Shown: piece by piece, positions 50,916-62,738 of the stretch
Position numbering within the stretch: the first letter of the stretch is position 1
Layout: each line of letters starts with the position of its first letter
NCBI GenBank assembly: GCA_047284725.1
Contig: JBJBEO010000001.1
Span: 1,048,203-1,112,202, forward strand
Length of the DNA stretch: 64,000 bases
Source: Synechococcus sp.
GTDB taxonomy: Bacteria > Cyanobacteriota > Cyanobacteriia > PCC-6307 > Cyanobiaceae
Direction: 5' to 3'
Position numbers and translations under genes: made by a program
The notes under the pieces: model-generated
The model's database searches: none
Told to the model about the DNA's origin: nothing
Seen by the model: only the letters and a program-made list of their open reading frames with translations

Positions 50916-51647
50916 TTGGATTGGGTTAATCAAGAGCCTGTGCAGGATCGTCTGCTTCTTATTGCTGATACTGGCTCCGATCAAGATCTTCTTCGTAAGC
51001 ATCTTGAAGCGAGAGGATTTTTTGTAGTTCGTGTTGATTCTGTTCAGGCGGCGCTAGACCATCTGCCTCACGGCGATGTTTCGCTCGTTCTTCTCGCTCT
51101 CAGTGAAGACGCCTTAACGCTTGAAAATAAGGATCGTTTTCTCCTCCATCAGCAGTTCCAGGCCGATCGTCTGACCATTCCCCTGTTTCACCTGCTTGAT
51201 GACGACAATTTTTCACTCCGCTCGGCGTCTCTGAAGGCAGGCGCCGATGACGTGTTGTCGCGTCCCTTTGCCTGGGAAGAGCTGGACGCACGAATCATGG
51301 CGTTGTTGCGTCGCGTGCGGATGGGGCAGTCCCATGCCGACGGAGACCTTCTCAGCCTTGATAACCTTGAATTCAACATCAAGACCCGAGAAGTCTGTCG
51401 AAATGACAGCAAAGCGAAACTGACGGTGAAGGAATTCGATCTGCTTAAATTCCTGTTTCATAATCTCGATCAGGTCGTATCTCGCCAGTCAATCCTGCAT
51501 GGTGTGTGGGGTCAGAGCTGGACTGGTGATGACAACCTTCTCGATGTGTACATCCGTTATCTCCGCAAGAAAATTGAACGGGAGGGGCAGCCTCAACTGA
51601 TTCAAACCGTAAAAGGTGTGGGTTACATCCTCAAAACGCCCACCTAA
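50916..51647 (+). CDS. OmpR-family regulator with atypical (pseudo) receiver, NblR-like
   Basis: wHTH LTVKEFDLL...WG...DVYIRYLRKKIE...IQTVKGVGY; receiver lacks the phospho-Asp and conserved Lys; start TTG 50916 or GTG 50940. Confidence 0.88.
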   Translation: MDWVNQEPVQDRLLLIADTGSDQDLLRKHLEARGFFVVRVDSVQAALDHLPHGDVSLVLLALSEDALTLENKDRFLLHQQFQADRLTIPLFHLLDDDNFSLRSASLKAGADDVLSRPFAWEELDARIMALLRRVRMGQSHADGDLLSLDNLEFNIKTREVCRNDSKAKLTVKEFDLLKFLFHNLDQVVSRQSILHGVWGQSWTGDDNLLDVYIRYLRKKIEREGQPQLIQTVKGVGYILKTPT

Positions 51648-51706
51648 AAAACGCTGGTCAGGCAATGAAAGCGTTGTGAGGTGATCTCTGATCTTTCGTT
51701 AACTGG

Positions 51707-54700
51707 TCAGGCCACTCCTTCGATGCGATCCTCCACTTCCTGATACAGCTCCTGCAGCTGCTGGATGTTTTCGTCGGAGGTTTCCCAGTAGCCACGGCCA
51801 TTCACCTCCAGCAGGGTGCCGACGATGCGGCGGAAACTGTGCGGGTTGAGCTCCAGCAGACGCTTGCGCATCTCTGGATCGTTGATGAACGTTTCGTTGG
51901 CTTCTTCATACACGAAGTTATCAACAGACCCGCTGGTGGCACTCCAGCCCAGAGTGAAATTGAGCCGTTTGGCCACTTCCCGTACGCCCTCATAGCCCGA
52001 ATCCAGCATGCCTTCGTACCACTTGGGATTGAGCAGCTTCGTTCGGGAGTCGAGCCGGATTGTCTCACTGAGGGAGCGCACCTGGGCATTGGCCGTGGTG
52101 GTGTCGGCGATGTAACTGGTCGGTGCCTTGCCGTCGTCCCGCAGACCCTTGATCAGGTTGGTGGGGTCACTGTCGAAGTAGTGGCTCACATCGGTGAGGG
52201 AGATCTCGGCCGAATCCAGGTTCTGGAAGGTGACATCGGCGGTTTTCATCGCCGATTCAAACACCTCACGCTTCTGGTTCATCTCACCGGGGTTGTCGGC
52301 GTTGAAGGCAAAGGTCTTGCGCGATAGATACATCTCCTGCAGTTCACCTTCTTCCTCCCAGGTGCTGTTCTCCACCGCCAGATTCACATTAGAGCTGTAG
52401 CTGCCACTGGCGTTGGAGAACACCCGGCAGGCGGCATCGCGGAGGCTGGTGCCATCCTTCTCGGCCTGCTCCAGGGAGTGCTTGCGCACGAAGTTCTGCT
52501 CCAGCGGCTCCTCTGCTTCGGCGGCCATCTTCACGCCCTGGTCGATCAAGGCCATCTGGTTGATGAACAGATCGCGGAACACACCCGAGCAGTTCACCAC
52601 CACATCGATGCGGGGACGCCCCAGTTCCTCAAGTGGAATCAGCTCCAGCTTGTTGACCCGGCCGAGGGAGTCGGGCACCGGACGCACGCCGATGAACCAG
52701 AGGATCTGGGCCAGGGACTCGCCGTAGGTCTTGATGTTGTCGGTGCCCCACAGCACGCAGGCGATGGTTTCCGGCCAGGTGCCCTGCTCCTGTTTCTGGC
52801 GCTCGATCAGTTTGTCGACCACACCCTTGGCCGCTGCCACGGCAGCGCGGGTGGGAATGGCCTGGGGATCGAGCGCGTGAATGTTCTTGCCACTGGGCAG
52901 AACGCCGGGGTTGCGGATCGGATCGCCACCGGGGCCTGGCAGCACATATTCACCGTCCAGTGCCCGCAGCAGGCTCTCCATCTCCATGTCGGCGCAGACC
53001 TGCTCAAGGCAGAAGCGCAGGTAGGCGAACAGTTTGTCGAGCTCCACCGAATCAACGCTGGTGAAACCGGCCGAACAACAGGCCCGTAGCCAGGGGGTGG
53101 GCAGCTTGAAACCGACCTTGGTCAGCCAATCCATCAGCCAGCCGAAGTTGCCGCGCAGGTTGACGCGACCATCGAGGCCGGTGAGGGAGCGCACCATCGA
53201 GCCGATCGCAGACCGGCTGGTCTCGGTGATCGTGCGGTTCAGCTCCACGTCGGCGAGCACGCCGTCGTCGTTGCCCTTGTAGACATCGTCGATGCTGCGG
53301 CCAATGGCCTCGGCCAGCAGACCAGGAAGGGACCTCAGGCCGTCTTCTTCCCGTTCCAGCGCCGCGATGTTCACCAGGGTGGCAATCGCTTCTTCTGCCG
53401 TGGGCGGCTTGCCGATGGTGTGCAGTCCGCAGGGCAGCAACCGGCTTTCGATCTCCATCAACTGGCGGTAGACCGAACCCACCAGCGCATCCCGCCCTTC
53501 CAGATCAAGCGTGGAGGAGTCGTCGTTAGGCAGGTCAACGTCTTTATCGAGATTGCACTGGCGCGCGGTCTCCACGATCGTGTTCACGATCTGCACACCG
53601 CGGCCCCCCTCCCGCAGCTGTTGGTAGGAACCCACCAGTTCCCCCAGTTCCTTCAGTCCCTTGTAGAGGCCGGCGTTCTCAGCCGGAGGTGTGAGGTAGC
53701 TGATGGTGGAGGCATAGCCACGGCGCTTGGCGATGGTGGCCTCCGACGGGTTGTTGGCGGCGTAGTAATAGAGGTTGGGCAGGGCGCCGATCAGGGAATC
53801 CGGGTAGCAGGTTTCGCTCATGCCCATCTGTTTGCCAGGCATGAACTCCAGCGAGCCATGGGTGCCGAAATGCAGAACGGCGTCGGCTTTCCAGATTTTT
53901 TCGAGGTAGGTGTAGTAAGCCGCAAACCCGTGGTGGGGGCTGGCGCTGCGGGAATAGAGCAGACGCATCGGGTCGCCTTCGTAGCCGAAGGTGGGCTGAA
54001 CGCCGACAAAGACGTTGCCGAAGTGGCGGCCGTAGATCAGCAGGTTCTGGCCATCACTGTTGAGGTTGCCGGGGGGCTTGCCCCAGTTCTCTTCCAGTCG
54101 CTCGGAGTAGGGCGTGAGCCTCTCGTATTCCTCCACGCTCATGCGATGGGCGATCGACAGCTCAGGCGCTCCCTGCATGGCCTCGGGATCATTGATCACC
54201 GCCTCCATCAGGGTCTTGGCATCACGGGGAAGGTTCTGCACGTCGTAGCCCTTGGCCTTCATCTCCTCGAGCACCCGGTGGATCGAACCGAACACGTCGA
54301 GATAGGCGGCCGTTCCTACATTCCCCTTGTCGGGGGGGAAGCTGAACACTGTGATGGCTAGTTTCTTGGTTTGTCTCGGCTTGATCCGCAGGGACGACCA
54401 GCGGATCGCCCGTTCGGCGATGGCATCCACCCGATCCTGCAGGGTGTGAGCCTTGCCGGTGGCGTCATCCCGCCCGGAGAGCACGATGGGTTCGATCGCA
54501 CCATCCAGTTCGGGAATGGCGATCTGCAACGCCACCTGAACAGGGTGAAGGCCGAGATCGCTGTCTTCCCACTCCTGGGTGGTCTGGAAGACCAGGGGCA
54601 GCGCCACCATGTAGGGACGGTTCAGTCGCTTCAGGGCCTCCACGGCTTTGGGATGGTCCTGGCGTGCAGGACCGCCGACGAGGGCAAAGCCCGTCAGCGA

Positions 54701-55717
54701 CACCACGCCATCGACCAGGGGCTGCTCCGGATTGAGCGGGTCGTAGAAGAAGGCGTTGACCGGCTTGGAGAAGTCGAGACCGCCGCAGAAGATCGGCAGC
54801 ACCCGGGCACCACGGAACTCCAGCTCCTGGATCACCGCCACGTAGTGAGCATCGTCACCGGTGACGATGTGACTGCGTTGCAGCACCAGACCGATCAACG
54901 GGCCCTGGCGCGCTTCATTGCTGAGGTCGTTTCGGCTGGCCGTCCAGTTGAGGTATTCCTTCAGGTCCTCGAACATCGAGGGGGCCAGGGGATGCCAGAT
55001 GCCCAGATCGGGGAACACCTCTGGATCGGCCACCTCCATGGCAGGGCGATCAGTGCTGTCCGACGCTGGGAAGACGTACTTGTCCGCCAGCATCAGCAGG
55101 AAGTTGCGCAGGTTATCCGGTGTGCCTCCCAGCCAGTACTGGAAGCTGAGCATGAAGCTGCGAGCATCCTGCGCCTTTTCCACGGGCAGGTACTTCAACA
55201 CCGTGGGCAGCGTGTTGAGGAGTTTGAGCATCGCGTCCTGGAAGCCGGCGCCGCCGGACTCCTTCCGCTTCTTCATGAAGCCGGCGATGGCGCTCTTGCT
55301 CTGCCCCAGCTGGGCCATCGAGAAGCTGCCCAGTTTGTTCAGGCGCATCACCTCGGGCATGGAGGGGAAGACCACAGCAGCCTTGAGGCGATCGCGATGG
55401 GGCGTGACGGCATCCACCACTTTCTGGGCCAGATCTTCAATGAAGATCAGCGAGGCCACAAACACATCGGCGGCAGCCACATCCGCCTGAAAGTCAGCGT
55501 AATTATCCGGATCCCGCAGTTCTTCAATCAGATAACCGCTCAGCTCAATCCCAAGCGGACCGTTCTGGGCATTGAGGCTTGTGGCCGCCTGGGTGAGAGC
55601 GTTCTGATACTGAGGCTCAAGCACCACGTACACAGCCTTCATCACTGACTGGTGGTTGTTGGGCTCAGCAGGAACAACCCGGCGATCGGCGGAGCGAACC
55701 TGCGTGAACATCGGCAT
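51707..55717 (-). CDS. chlH: Magnesium chelatase subunit H
   Basis: [54 protein letters not shown]. Confidence 0.99.
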   Translation of the reverse strand: MPMFTQVRSADRRVVPAEPNNHQSVMKAVYVVLEPQYQNALTQAATSLNAQNGPLGIELSGYLIEELRDPDNYADFQADVAAADVFVASLIFIEDLAQKVVDAVTPHRDRLKAAVVFPSMPEVMRLNKLGSFSMAQLGQSKSAIAGFMKKRKESGGAGFQDAMLKLLNTLPTVLKYLPVEKAQDARSFMLSFQYWLGGTPDNLRNFLLMLADKYVFPASDSTDRPAMEVADPEVFPDLGIWHPLAPSMFEDLKEYLNWTASRNDLSNEARQGPLIGLVLQRSHIVTGDDAHYVAVIQELEFRGARVLPIFCGGLDFSKPVNAFFYDPLNPEQPLVDGVVSLTGFALVGGPARQDHPKAVEALKRLNRPYMVALPLVFQTTQEWEDSDLGLHPVQVALQIAIPELDGAIEPIVLSGRDDATGKAHTLQDRVDAIAERAIRWSSLRIKPRQTKKLAITVFSFPPDKGNVGTAAYLDVFGSIHRVLEEMKAKGYDVQNLPRDAKTLMEAVINDPEAMQGAPELSIAHRMSVEEYERLTPYSERLEENWGKPPGNLNSDGQNLLIYGRHFGNVFVGVQPTFGYEGDPMRLLYSRSASPHHGFAAYYTYLEKIWKADAVLHFGTHGSLEFMPGKQMGMSETCYPDSLIGALPNLYYYAANNPSEATIAKRRGYASTISYLTPPAENAGLYKGLKELGELVGSYQQLREGGRGVQIVNTIVETARQCNLDKDVDLPNDDSSTLDLEGRDALVGSVYRQLMEIESRLLPCGLHTIGKPPTAEEAIATLVNIAALEREEDGLRSLPGLLAEAIGRSIDDVYKGNDDGVLADVELNRTITETSRSAIGSMVRSLTGLDGRVNLRGNFGWLMDWLTKVGFKLPTPWLRACCSAGFTSVDSVELDKLFAYLRFCLEQVCADMEMESLLRALDGEYVLPGPGGDPIRNPGVLPSGKNIHALDPQAIPTRAAVAAAKGVVDKLIERQKQEQGTWPETIACVLWGTDNIKTYGESLAQILWFIGVRPVPDSLGRVNKLELIPLEELGRPRIDVVVNCSGVFRDLFINQMALIDQGVKMAAEAEEPLEQNFVRKHSLEQAEKDGTSLRDAACRVFSNASGSYSSNVNLAVENSTWEEEGELQEMYLSRKTFAFNADNPGEMNQKREVFESAMKTADVTFQNLDSAEISLTDVSHYFDSDPTNLIKGLRDDGKAPTSYIADTTTANAQVRSLSETIRLDSRTKLLNPKWYEGMLDSGYEGVREVAKRLNFTLGWSATSGSVDNFVYEEANETFINDPEMRKRLLELNPHSFRRIVGTLLEVNGRGYWETSDENIQQLQELYQEVEDRIEGVA

Positions 55718-55913
55718 GCATTGAGCTATGTGAAGAAGCCTACGAGAATGCAGGCACTGGCGTGGGTTTCAGCCGTGTTGCGTTACATAGAGCCGGAATC
55801 TGATCCGCATCACGGCGTCATCTCTGTGCCGTCATCACGCCTGAATCCTTGCTGCAGGGCAAGTTGTCTGAGCTGGTGCCTGTTCTTAGCCTGAACTCAC
55901 AGGCGCTTGTCGG

Positions 55914-58811
55914 ATGCAGCGGATTCTGGGCAGACGGACCATCCCGCTCCGCTTCCTTCTGCTCCTCGTTTTTGTCCCGCTGGTGGCGGGAACAGGCCTG
56001 GCCGTGTCCTCGTTCATGGCCCAGAGATTGAGAACCCTGGCCCTGGCCGCCACCAGAGCCGAAATGAAAGCGCAGTGGGGCACGGTGCGGCATCGCTGGC
56101 AGCGGATCATGGATCCGGAGCGAAGCCTCAACCACCTTGCCGCTCTCGATGCCCTGGTCACAGCGATCCCCCAGATCGACGGTGAGGTCAGGCGTCAGCT
56201 CCTGATTGAGGCCTCAATGTTGTTTGAGGACGCGCCCCACCTGGCCTCGGTGAACGTGCTCAAGACCAATGGCCATTGGTTCCGTTTCCACAACACCAGG
56301 CTTCTGGCCGATCTCGCCCTTCCGGAGCGTTCCGCGTTGCTGGTGGAACGTCTTCAGCCCGGTCAGAGCACACCGACCTTTTATCTCTTTAATGAGGCGT
56401 TCAATCCTGTCGAGGGCTGGACGCCTGCCCAGGATCGATGGAACACGAAGCAGGACCCTCGGCAGCGCCGATCCCTGAGCGCTGCCCGTCAGTCCGGGAT
56501 GCAATCCGTGCTTTCCAACGATGACCGTCACCCGGTGCTCGGGCCGCTGATCACGCTGGGGCAACAGACGGCCACCGGCGATGTGGTGGAAATGTCGGTT
56601 CCACTCTCCGAACTGCGAGAGCTTCTCATCCAGCTCAGGCCGACCGAATCCTCGAGACTCAGTCTGATCGATCTCAAAGGGGGTGTGTGGCTCACTGATG
56701 AGGTGTCGCCTTCGGGTGCGATCGGCACACACCTCACCCAGTCCAGCGATCCCTTGCTGCGAGGCATCGCCCCCTTCCTGACGAAGCATCTACGGGCGTC
56801 CAATCACTCTTCGCGGCGAAGCGGTGATCAGGACCAGACAGCGCTCAACGAGCTCTACGACGGGGTCGACGTTCAGGAGGTGGTGATCGATGGCAGCCAC
56901 TGGCTGCTGAATGTGGCTGAAATCCCTGCGATCGGTGTTGACGACGAGGCCTCCCTTCTGGTGCTGGCCATCCCCTCGGAGGAGGTGTTCGCGGCGTCGC
57001 TCGCCTCGGTGCGTCAGGCCCAGTGGATCACCCTGGGCATGGTGCTGGCCACCTTGCCGCTGATCTGGCTGCTCACCCGATCCGTCACTGGGTCGCTGCT
57101 GGCCCTGAGGCGACAGGCACGGGCCATTCAGTCGTTTGACTTCTCTTCCGTTCCTCCCACCACCACACCGGTCACGGAGGTGAGGGATCTCAGTGTGGTG
57201 CTCGCCACCATGCGCGACACCATTCATCGCCTGCTGGAAGCATCGGAGGCCCTTGGCGGCGAGCCCGACCTGGATCAGTTGTTGCAACGCCTGCTCCAGC
57301 TGATGCTGGAGAGCAGCGATGCGTCGTCCGGCGTTCTCTATCTCAGGGATGACGACGATGCCGTGGATGGCCTGTTGCGTTCGCGCTTGCAACTGCCCAC
57401 CACGACGTTCCCTGCTGAGCTTAGTGACAAGGCTTTGGATGAGCCGTTTGACACCGATCAAGCCCTTCGTCTGCCGCTGCTGAGCCGCAGCGGTCAGCTG
57501 TTGGGACTGCTGGGGTTGCGTTTCGCCGAACCCCCTCAGGCGGAGAAGGTGGCGTTCTGCAGGGCGCTGGCGGGGTCCGCCTCGATCGCCCTCGAAACCC
57601 GCAGCCTGATCAGCGCCCAGAAAGCGTTGCTGGCGTCGATCATTGAACTGATGGCAGGGGCCATTGATGCCAAAAGCCCCTACACAGGAGGCCACTGTGC
57701 GCGCGTGCCCTTGCTGGCCAAAGCACTGGCAGACGCTGCCTGTGAAGCCACGGACGGACCCTACGCCGGATTTGCGCTGTCCGCCGAGGAACGGGAAGCC
57801 CTGCATGTGGCGTCGTGGCTGCACGATGTCGGCAAGGTCACCACGCCTGAATACGTGGTCGACAAGGCCACCAAACTCGAAACGATTCACAACCGCATCC
57901 ATGAGGTGCGGATGCGGTTTGAACTGCTGAAGGCCTGTGCGGAGATCGATCACTGGAAGGCAATCGCTGCCGGTGACGATCCCCTGCAGAGCCGCGCCCG
58001 CATGGAAGACCTCTGGCGTCAGCTGGATGATGACTTCGCGTTCGTGGCGGCCTGCAATCAGGGGGGTGAGCGTCTGGATCCTGAGGCGATCGATCGCCTC
58101 AACAGCCTGGCGTCGCGTCGCTGGCGGCGCACCCTCGATGATCGCCTGGGTCTGTCTCAGGAGGAGCTCCGCCAGGTGGCTGCTGAACCTGCGCCGCCAC
58201 TGCCCTGCGACGAGCCCCTGCTGGCCGATCGGCTCAGGCATCAGGTGGCCTGGCCCGCCAACAAGGCCATTGAGGCTGACAATCCCTGGGGGTTCACGCT
58301 TCTCGCCCCGCCGCTGCAGGCGAACCGAGGGGAACTGCACAACCTGAGCATCTCGCGGGGAACCCTCACCGATGAGGAGCGCTACACGATCAACCTTCAC
58401 ATTCTCGAGACGATCAAGATGCTCGAGGCGCTGCCGTTCCCGCGTCATCTCAAGGCGGTGCCCGAAATTGCCGGCGGCCACCACGAACGGATGGACGGCA
58501 AGGGCTACCCGCGCAGTCTTCGGGGCGATGAGATGAGCGCCCTGGCGCGCATGATGGCCATCGCCGATGTGTTCGAAGCCCTCACGGCGGCGGATCGCCC
58601 TTACAAATCAGCCAAGCCGTTGTCGGTCGCTCTGACGATCATGGCCTCGATGGTGCAGCAACATCATCTCGACCCTGATCTGTTCAGGCTGTTTGTGCGT
58701 GCAGGGGTGTATCGCCGCTACGCAGACGCGTGCCTCCGGCCCGAGCAGTGTGATGCCGTCGATGAAGAGGCTCTGCTCCAGGCCATCGGCGACGAGGCCC
58801 CCTCCACATAG
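55914..58811 (+). CDS. Membrane-anchored sensor-HAMP-GAF-HD-GYP cyclic-dinucleotide phosphodiesterase
   Basis: Two TM segments flanking a ~330-aa sensor; HAMP-like region; GAF-like region; [44 protein letters not shown]. Confidence 0.9.
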   Translation: MQRILGRRTIPLRFLLLLVFVPLVAGTGLAVSSFMAQRLRTLALAATRAEMKAQWGTVRHRWQRIMDPERSLNHLAALDALVTAIPQIDGEVRRQLLIEASMLFEDAPHLASVNVLKTNGHWFRFHNTRLLADLALPERSALLVERLQPGQSTPTFYLFNEAFNPVEGWTPAQDRWNTKQDPRQRRSLSAARQSGMQSVLSNDDRHPVLGPLITLGQQTATGDVVEMSVPLSELRELLIQLRPTESSRLSLIDLKGGVWLTDEVSPSGAIGTHLTQSSDPLLRGIAPFLTKHLRASNHSSRRSGDQDQTALNELYDGVDVQEVVIDGSHWLLNVAEIPAIGVDDEASLLVLAIPSEEVFAASLASVRQAQWITLGMVLATLPLIWLLTRSVTGSLLALRRQARAIQSFDFSSVPPTTTPVTEVRDLSVVLATMRDTIHRLLEASEALGGEPDLDQLLQRLLQLMLESSDASSGVLYLRDDDDAVDGLLRSRLQLPTTTFPAELSDKALDEPFDTDQALRLPLLSRSGQLLGLLGLRFAEPPQAEKVAFCRALAGSASIALETRSLISAQKALLASIIELMAGAIDAKSPYTGGHCARVPLLAKALADAACEATDGPYAGFALSAEEREALHVASWLHDVGKVTTPEYVVDKATKLETIHNRIHEVRMRFELLKACAEIDHWKAIAAGDDPLQSRARMEDLWRQLDDDFAFVAACNQGGERLDPEAIDRLNSLASRRWRRTLDDRLGLSQEELRQVAAEPAPPLPCDEPLLADRLRHQVAWPANKAIEADNPWGFTLLAPPLQANRGELHNLSISRGTLTDEERYTINLHILETIKMLEALPFPRHLKAVPEIAGGHHERMDGKGYPRSLRGDEMSALARMMAIADVFEALTAADRPYKSAKPLSVALTIMASMVQQHHLDPDLFRLFVRAGVYRRYADACLRPEQCDAVDEEALLQAIGDEAPST

Positions 58812-58836
58812 TCTTGGCGCAGGTGATCCAGGCCCC

Positions 58837-59685
58837 ATGACCTCAGCTTCCGGACCAATCTCCGTGGTGGTGGTGGGGGCCCTTGGTCGGATGGGCGCCG
58901 AGGTGGTCAAGACGGTGCAGGCGGCGCCGGATTGCCAGCTGGTGGGAGCGATCGATACGACCCCCGGCAAGGAAGGGGTGGATGTGGGGGAAGCCCTGGG
59001 CCTCGGCCTTCTGGATGTGGCGATCACGGCCGATCTCGAGGCCACGCTCTGCTCCGCCAGCCAGGCCGTGCGTGATCAGGGGCCCGGTGCGGGTGCGGTG
59101 ATGGTGGATTTCACGCACCCGTCGGTGGTGTATGCCAACACCAGGGCTGCGATCGCCTATGGCGTCCATCCTGTGATCGGCACCACCGGCCTCTCCCCGG
59201 AGCAGTTGCAGGATCTGCAGACCTTTTCCGCCAAAGCCTCCATCGGCGGGGCCGTGATCCCCAACTTCTCCGTGGGCATGGTGCTGCTGCAGCAGGCTGC
59301 GGCTGCAGCTGCCCGCTTCTACGACCACGCGGAGCTCACTGAATTGCACCACAACCGCAAGGCGGATGCCCCCAGTGGCACGTGCATCAAAACGGCCGAA
59401 CTGATGGAGGAGCTGGGCAAGAGCTTCAATCCATCGGAGGTGGATGAACACGAATCCCTGCAGGGAAGTCGCGGTGGTGTGCGCCCCAGTGGTCTGCGCC
59501 TGCACTCGTTGCGTCTGCCCGGCCTGGTGGCTCACCAGGAAGTGATGTTCGGTGCTCCCGGTGAGACCTACACCTTGCGTCACGACACGATTGATCGGTC
59601 CGCTTACATGCCTGGGGTGCTGCTCTGCATCCGCAAGGTTCGTCAGCTGGAGAGCCTGCAATACGGCCTCGAGCGCCTGCTCTGA
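58837..59685 (+). CDS. dapB: 4-hydroxy-tetrahydrodipicolinate reductase
   Basis: [30 protein letters not shown]. Confidence 0.97.
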   Translation: MTSASGPISVVVVGALGRMGAEVVKTVQAAPDCQLVGAIDTTPGKEGVDVGEALGLGLLDVAITADLEATLCSASQAVRDQGPGAGAVMVDFTHPSVVYANTRAAIAYGVHPVIGTTGLSPEQLQDLQTFSAKASIGGAVIPNFSVGMVLLQQAAAAAARFYDHAELTELHHNRKADAPSGTCIKTAELMEELGKSFNPSEVDEHESLQGSRGGVRPSGLRLHSLRLPGLVAHQEVMFGAPGETYTLRHDTIDRSAYMPGVLLCIRKVRQLESLQYGLERLL

Positions 59686-59704
59686 TTCCCCGCGCCTTCT
59701 CTTC

Positions 59705-60364
59705 ATGCTCATTCCCCTGCGGCCCGGTGAGCTTCAGCGCCTGATTCCTGCGGTGGCCACCGGCACGCAGTTCGCTGCGGCGCTGGGCGATCCGCGCAAA
59801 ATTCTTCAGAGGGTGCTGATCGCCGCCATTGGAGGCGTGATCACACTGTTGATCAGCCAAAGCCAGTTCTCCAACCGCTGGGGCTCGGTCTGGTTGTTGA
59901 TCGGCGTTGCACTGCTTCTTTATGTGTTGTGGGGACCCATCCTTGAGGCGGGTCGCCGCAACGCCACGCTGCGGCGCTATCCCGCAGCCGCCTTGTTTGA
60001 TGGCGAGGTGGCGGATGCCTTCACCCAGGAGCGGGTGGAAAGCCGCCGGGAGCAGGCCAATCAGCGCGGTGATCTGGAACTGGTGGAGAACCGGCGCACC
60101 TGGCTGGTGCTGGAGCTGGCCGATGAAGACGGTTATCTCGGTCGCCTCAGCTTCCCGATGGCCAAGCCCCATGGTCAGATCCGTCCGGGAGCCCGGGTGC
60201 GTTGTCTGGTGCTCAGCGATCGCAAGGATTTTTCCCGTGTTGCCGCCCTGAGTGATGCCTGGATGCCTGGCCTGCGGCTCTGGGTGGGGGAGTACCCCTT
60301 CCTGTTGCGTCCGGCCTTTGAGGAACTGTGCCAACGGCGGTTGGCGACGCCCCGTCGCCGTTGA
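59705..60364 (+). CDS. Conserved cyanobacterial membrane protein
   Basis: MLIPL...LIPAVATGTQF, two TM helices, LWVGEYPFL. Confidence 0.8.
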   Translation: MLIPLRPGELQRLIPAVATGTQFAAALGDPRKILQRVLIAAIGGVITLLISQSQFSNRWGSVWLLIGVALLLYVLWGPILEAGRRNATLRRYPAAALFDGEVADAFTQERVESRREQANQRGDLELVENRRTWLVLELADEDGYLGRLSFPMAKPHGQIRPGARVRCLVLSDRKDFSRVAALSDAWMPGLRLWVGEYPFLLRPAFEELCQRRLATPRRR

Positions 60365-60368
60365 ATGC

Positions 60369-60673
<305 letters not shown>

Positions 60674-61966
60674 TTGGATGGGGGTGATGTGGCCTGCCAG
60701 CAGCTGAACCCCTCGCCCATGCGTGCTCCCATTGCGAGTTCCCACGAGCACGCCGAAGCCGACCGTGAGGTCCTCCGCTCACTGTCGATTTCGGTGCTGG
60801 GTGCCGGCCCGACCGGTGCCTTGCTGGCCCTTGGCCTGGCCCGTCTCGGCTGCAGGGTTCGTCTTCAGGATCCGCAAACCCTGCATGCACTGGCGTCGCG
60901 CAGCCGTGCTTACGCGATCACTCAGTCCTCTCGGCGGCTGCTGGACCATCTGGACCTGTGGGAGCCGCTGGCTTCCCATCTCGTGCCGTTCCGGCAGCTC
61001 CGTCTGGATGATCAGGCTGTGGCACCGTTCGTCTGGTTTCGGGTGCAGGATCTGGCCCCGCGCAATCGTGAGTCTGATGCCATCGGTTGGATTTTGGATC
61101 ACAAACCACTGATGCAGGTGCTGCTGCAGCGTTTGCAGCAACACGCCGCTGTGGAGCTCCAACTCGGGTCGCCACCACGATCCACTCCCACGGAGGAGTG
61201 GTCAGACGCTGATCTGACGATCGCCGCTGATGGACCCCGCTCCGCCCATCGCCAGGCCTGGGGATGGCGATTCTGGAGCGTTCCCTATCGCCAGGGTTGC
61301 CTCACCCTCAAGGTGAGTCTCCGTGGTGTGGCAGACGACGTGGCCCACGAATGTTTTCGTGCCGAGGGCCCGTTCGCTGTGCTGCCACTCGGTGGCAGCA
61401 CCTTTCAGCTCGTCTGGAGTGCTCCGTTGCCTCTGTGCCAACGGCGAGCGGCCCTGGCGCCAGCGGAACTGCTGGATCTGCTGGCCACGGTGCTCCCGCC
61501 TGGTCTCACTCCCGATGCGCTGCTGGATCAACCGGTGGCGGTGCCTCTGCAGTTGAGCCTTGCGCCATCGTTGGCCAGCGGAACGCGTCTGCTGGTCGGT
61601 GAAGCTGGCCATCGCTGCCACCCCGTGGGTGGTCAGGGCCTCAACCTCTGCTGGCGTGATGTGGCGGAACTGCTGCACCAGGTGGAGCGTTACCAGCGCG
61701 CGCCTCGGAGCGTTGGCAGGCGAAGCCTCGATCGTCTGGCGAGGCGTTATTCCCGCCATCGCCTGGTCGACCTGATCCTGATCGGTGTGGGCACCGATCT
61801 GTTGCTGCGGTTCTTCTCCAATCGCTTTTGGTGTCTGCTGCCAGTGCGCACCTTGGCCCTGACCCTGTTGAAACGGATGCCGCTGTTGCGTCGTTGCGCG
61901 CTCCAGGCCATGAGTGATGGCCCGATGACATTTATGGCAGCGCCGTCAGAGTGGACGCAGCGATGA
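60674..61966 (+). CDS. FAD-dependent monooxygenase, UbiH/COQ6 family
   Basis: VLGAGPTG, AADGPRS, GEAGHRCHPVGGQGLNL; start uncertain. Confidence 0.9.
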   Translation: MDGGDVACQQLNPSPMRAPIASSHEHAEADREVLRSLSISVLGAGPTGALLALGLARLGCRVRLQDPQTLHALASRSRAYAITQSSRRLLDHLDLWEPLASHLVPFRQLRLDDQAVAPFVWFRVQDLAPRNRESDAIGWILDHKPLMQVLLQRLQQHAAVELQLGSPPRSTPTEEWSDADLTIAADGPRSAHRQAWGWRFWSVPYRQGCLTLKVSLRGVADDVAHECFRAEGPFAVLPLGGSTFQLVWSAPLPLCQRRAALAPAELLDLLATVLPPGLTPDALLDQPVAVPLQLSLAPSLASGTRLLVGEAGHRCHPVGGQGLNLCWRDVAELLHQVERYQRAPRSVGRRSLDRLARRYSRHRLVDLILIGVGTDLLLRFFSNRFWCLLPVRTLALTLLKRMPLLRRCALQAMSDGPMTFMAAPSEWTQR

Positions 61967-61973
61967 GATCGCC

Positions 61974-62186
61974 ATGGTGCACAGCAGCGATCCCCAGCCT
62001 CCACCGTCGCCCCTTCTTCTCCAGTTCCTGCGTGAGCGGCTCGGTTTGAGTGACAAGGCCCTGCAGTTGGGTCAGCGTCAGGCTGAGCTCGAGCAGGCTC
62101 CTTTGCCCGTGGTGCTCTGGAGCTTTGGTTTGCTCAGCCTCCATCAGTATCAGCAGGTTCTCGACTGGATCAACGATCAGGAATAG
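61974..62186 (+). CDS. DUF2949-family protein
   Basis: FLRERLGL...[21 protein letters not shown]. Confidence 0.85.
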   Translation: MVHSSDPQPPPSPLLLQFLRERLGLSDKALQLGQRQAELEQAPLPVVLWSFGLLSLHQYQQVLDWINDQE

Positions 62187-62728
62187 ATCACCAACGATTC
62201 CACCGGTGTGGCCTCAGGCAGCTTGCTACGACCCCCTAAACCAGCCAGTTCGATCACGAATCCACAGCCCACCAACGTACCGCCGGCCTGCTGGATCAGC
62301 TGCGATGCGGCCGCTGCGGTGCCGCCGGTGGCCAGCAGGTCATCCACCAGGAGCACTTTGGGGTTGTCGGCGAGGGCATCGTTGTGGATCTCAAGACGAT
62401 CGGTGCCGTATTCGAGGGCGTAATCAACCCCCAGCACCTCCCCTGGCAACTTGCCAGGTTTGCGAATGGGAACAAATCCCAGGCCGAGATCGGTGGCCAG
62501 TGCCGTGCCAACGATGAAGCCTCGCGACTCGATGCCCACGATCAGATCGGGTTGAAGCGTTTCGCAGATGGTGCCCATCCGCTTCATCACGGCTTTCCAG
62601 CCAACCGGATCACGCAGGAGCGGGCTGATGTCGCGGAAGAGGATTCCCGGCTTTGGAAAATCCGGAATGTCTCGAATGAGCGGTCGAAGATCCAACGAAG
62701 GGTGACGCGAAGGCCTGAGTGCTGGCAT
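62177..62728 (-). CDS. apt: Adenine phosphoribosyltransferase
   Basis: [39 protein letters not shown]. Confidence 0.97.
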   Translation of the reverse strand: MPALRPSRHPSLDLRPLIRDIPDFPKPGILFRDISPLLRDPVGWKAVMKRMGTICETLQPDLIVGIESRGFIVGTALATDLGLGFVPIRKPGKLPGEVLGVDYALEYGTDRLEIHNDALADNPKVLLVDDLLATGGTAAAASQLIQQAGGTLVGCGFVIELAGLGGRSKLPEATPVESLVIYS

Positions 62729-62738
62729 CATCGCAGCC

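Noticed and set aside
56790..58484. 564-aa antisense ORF (also 54371..55648, 53420..54361, 10701..11843, 59426..60751)
   Set aside because: Antisense to well-supported genes; long shadow ORFs are expected with high-GC codon bias
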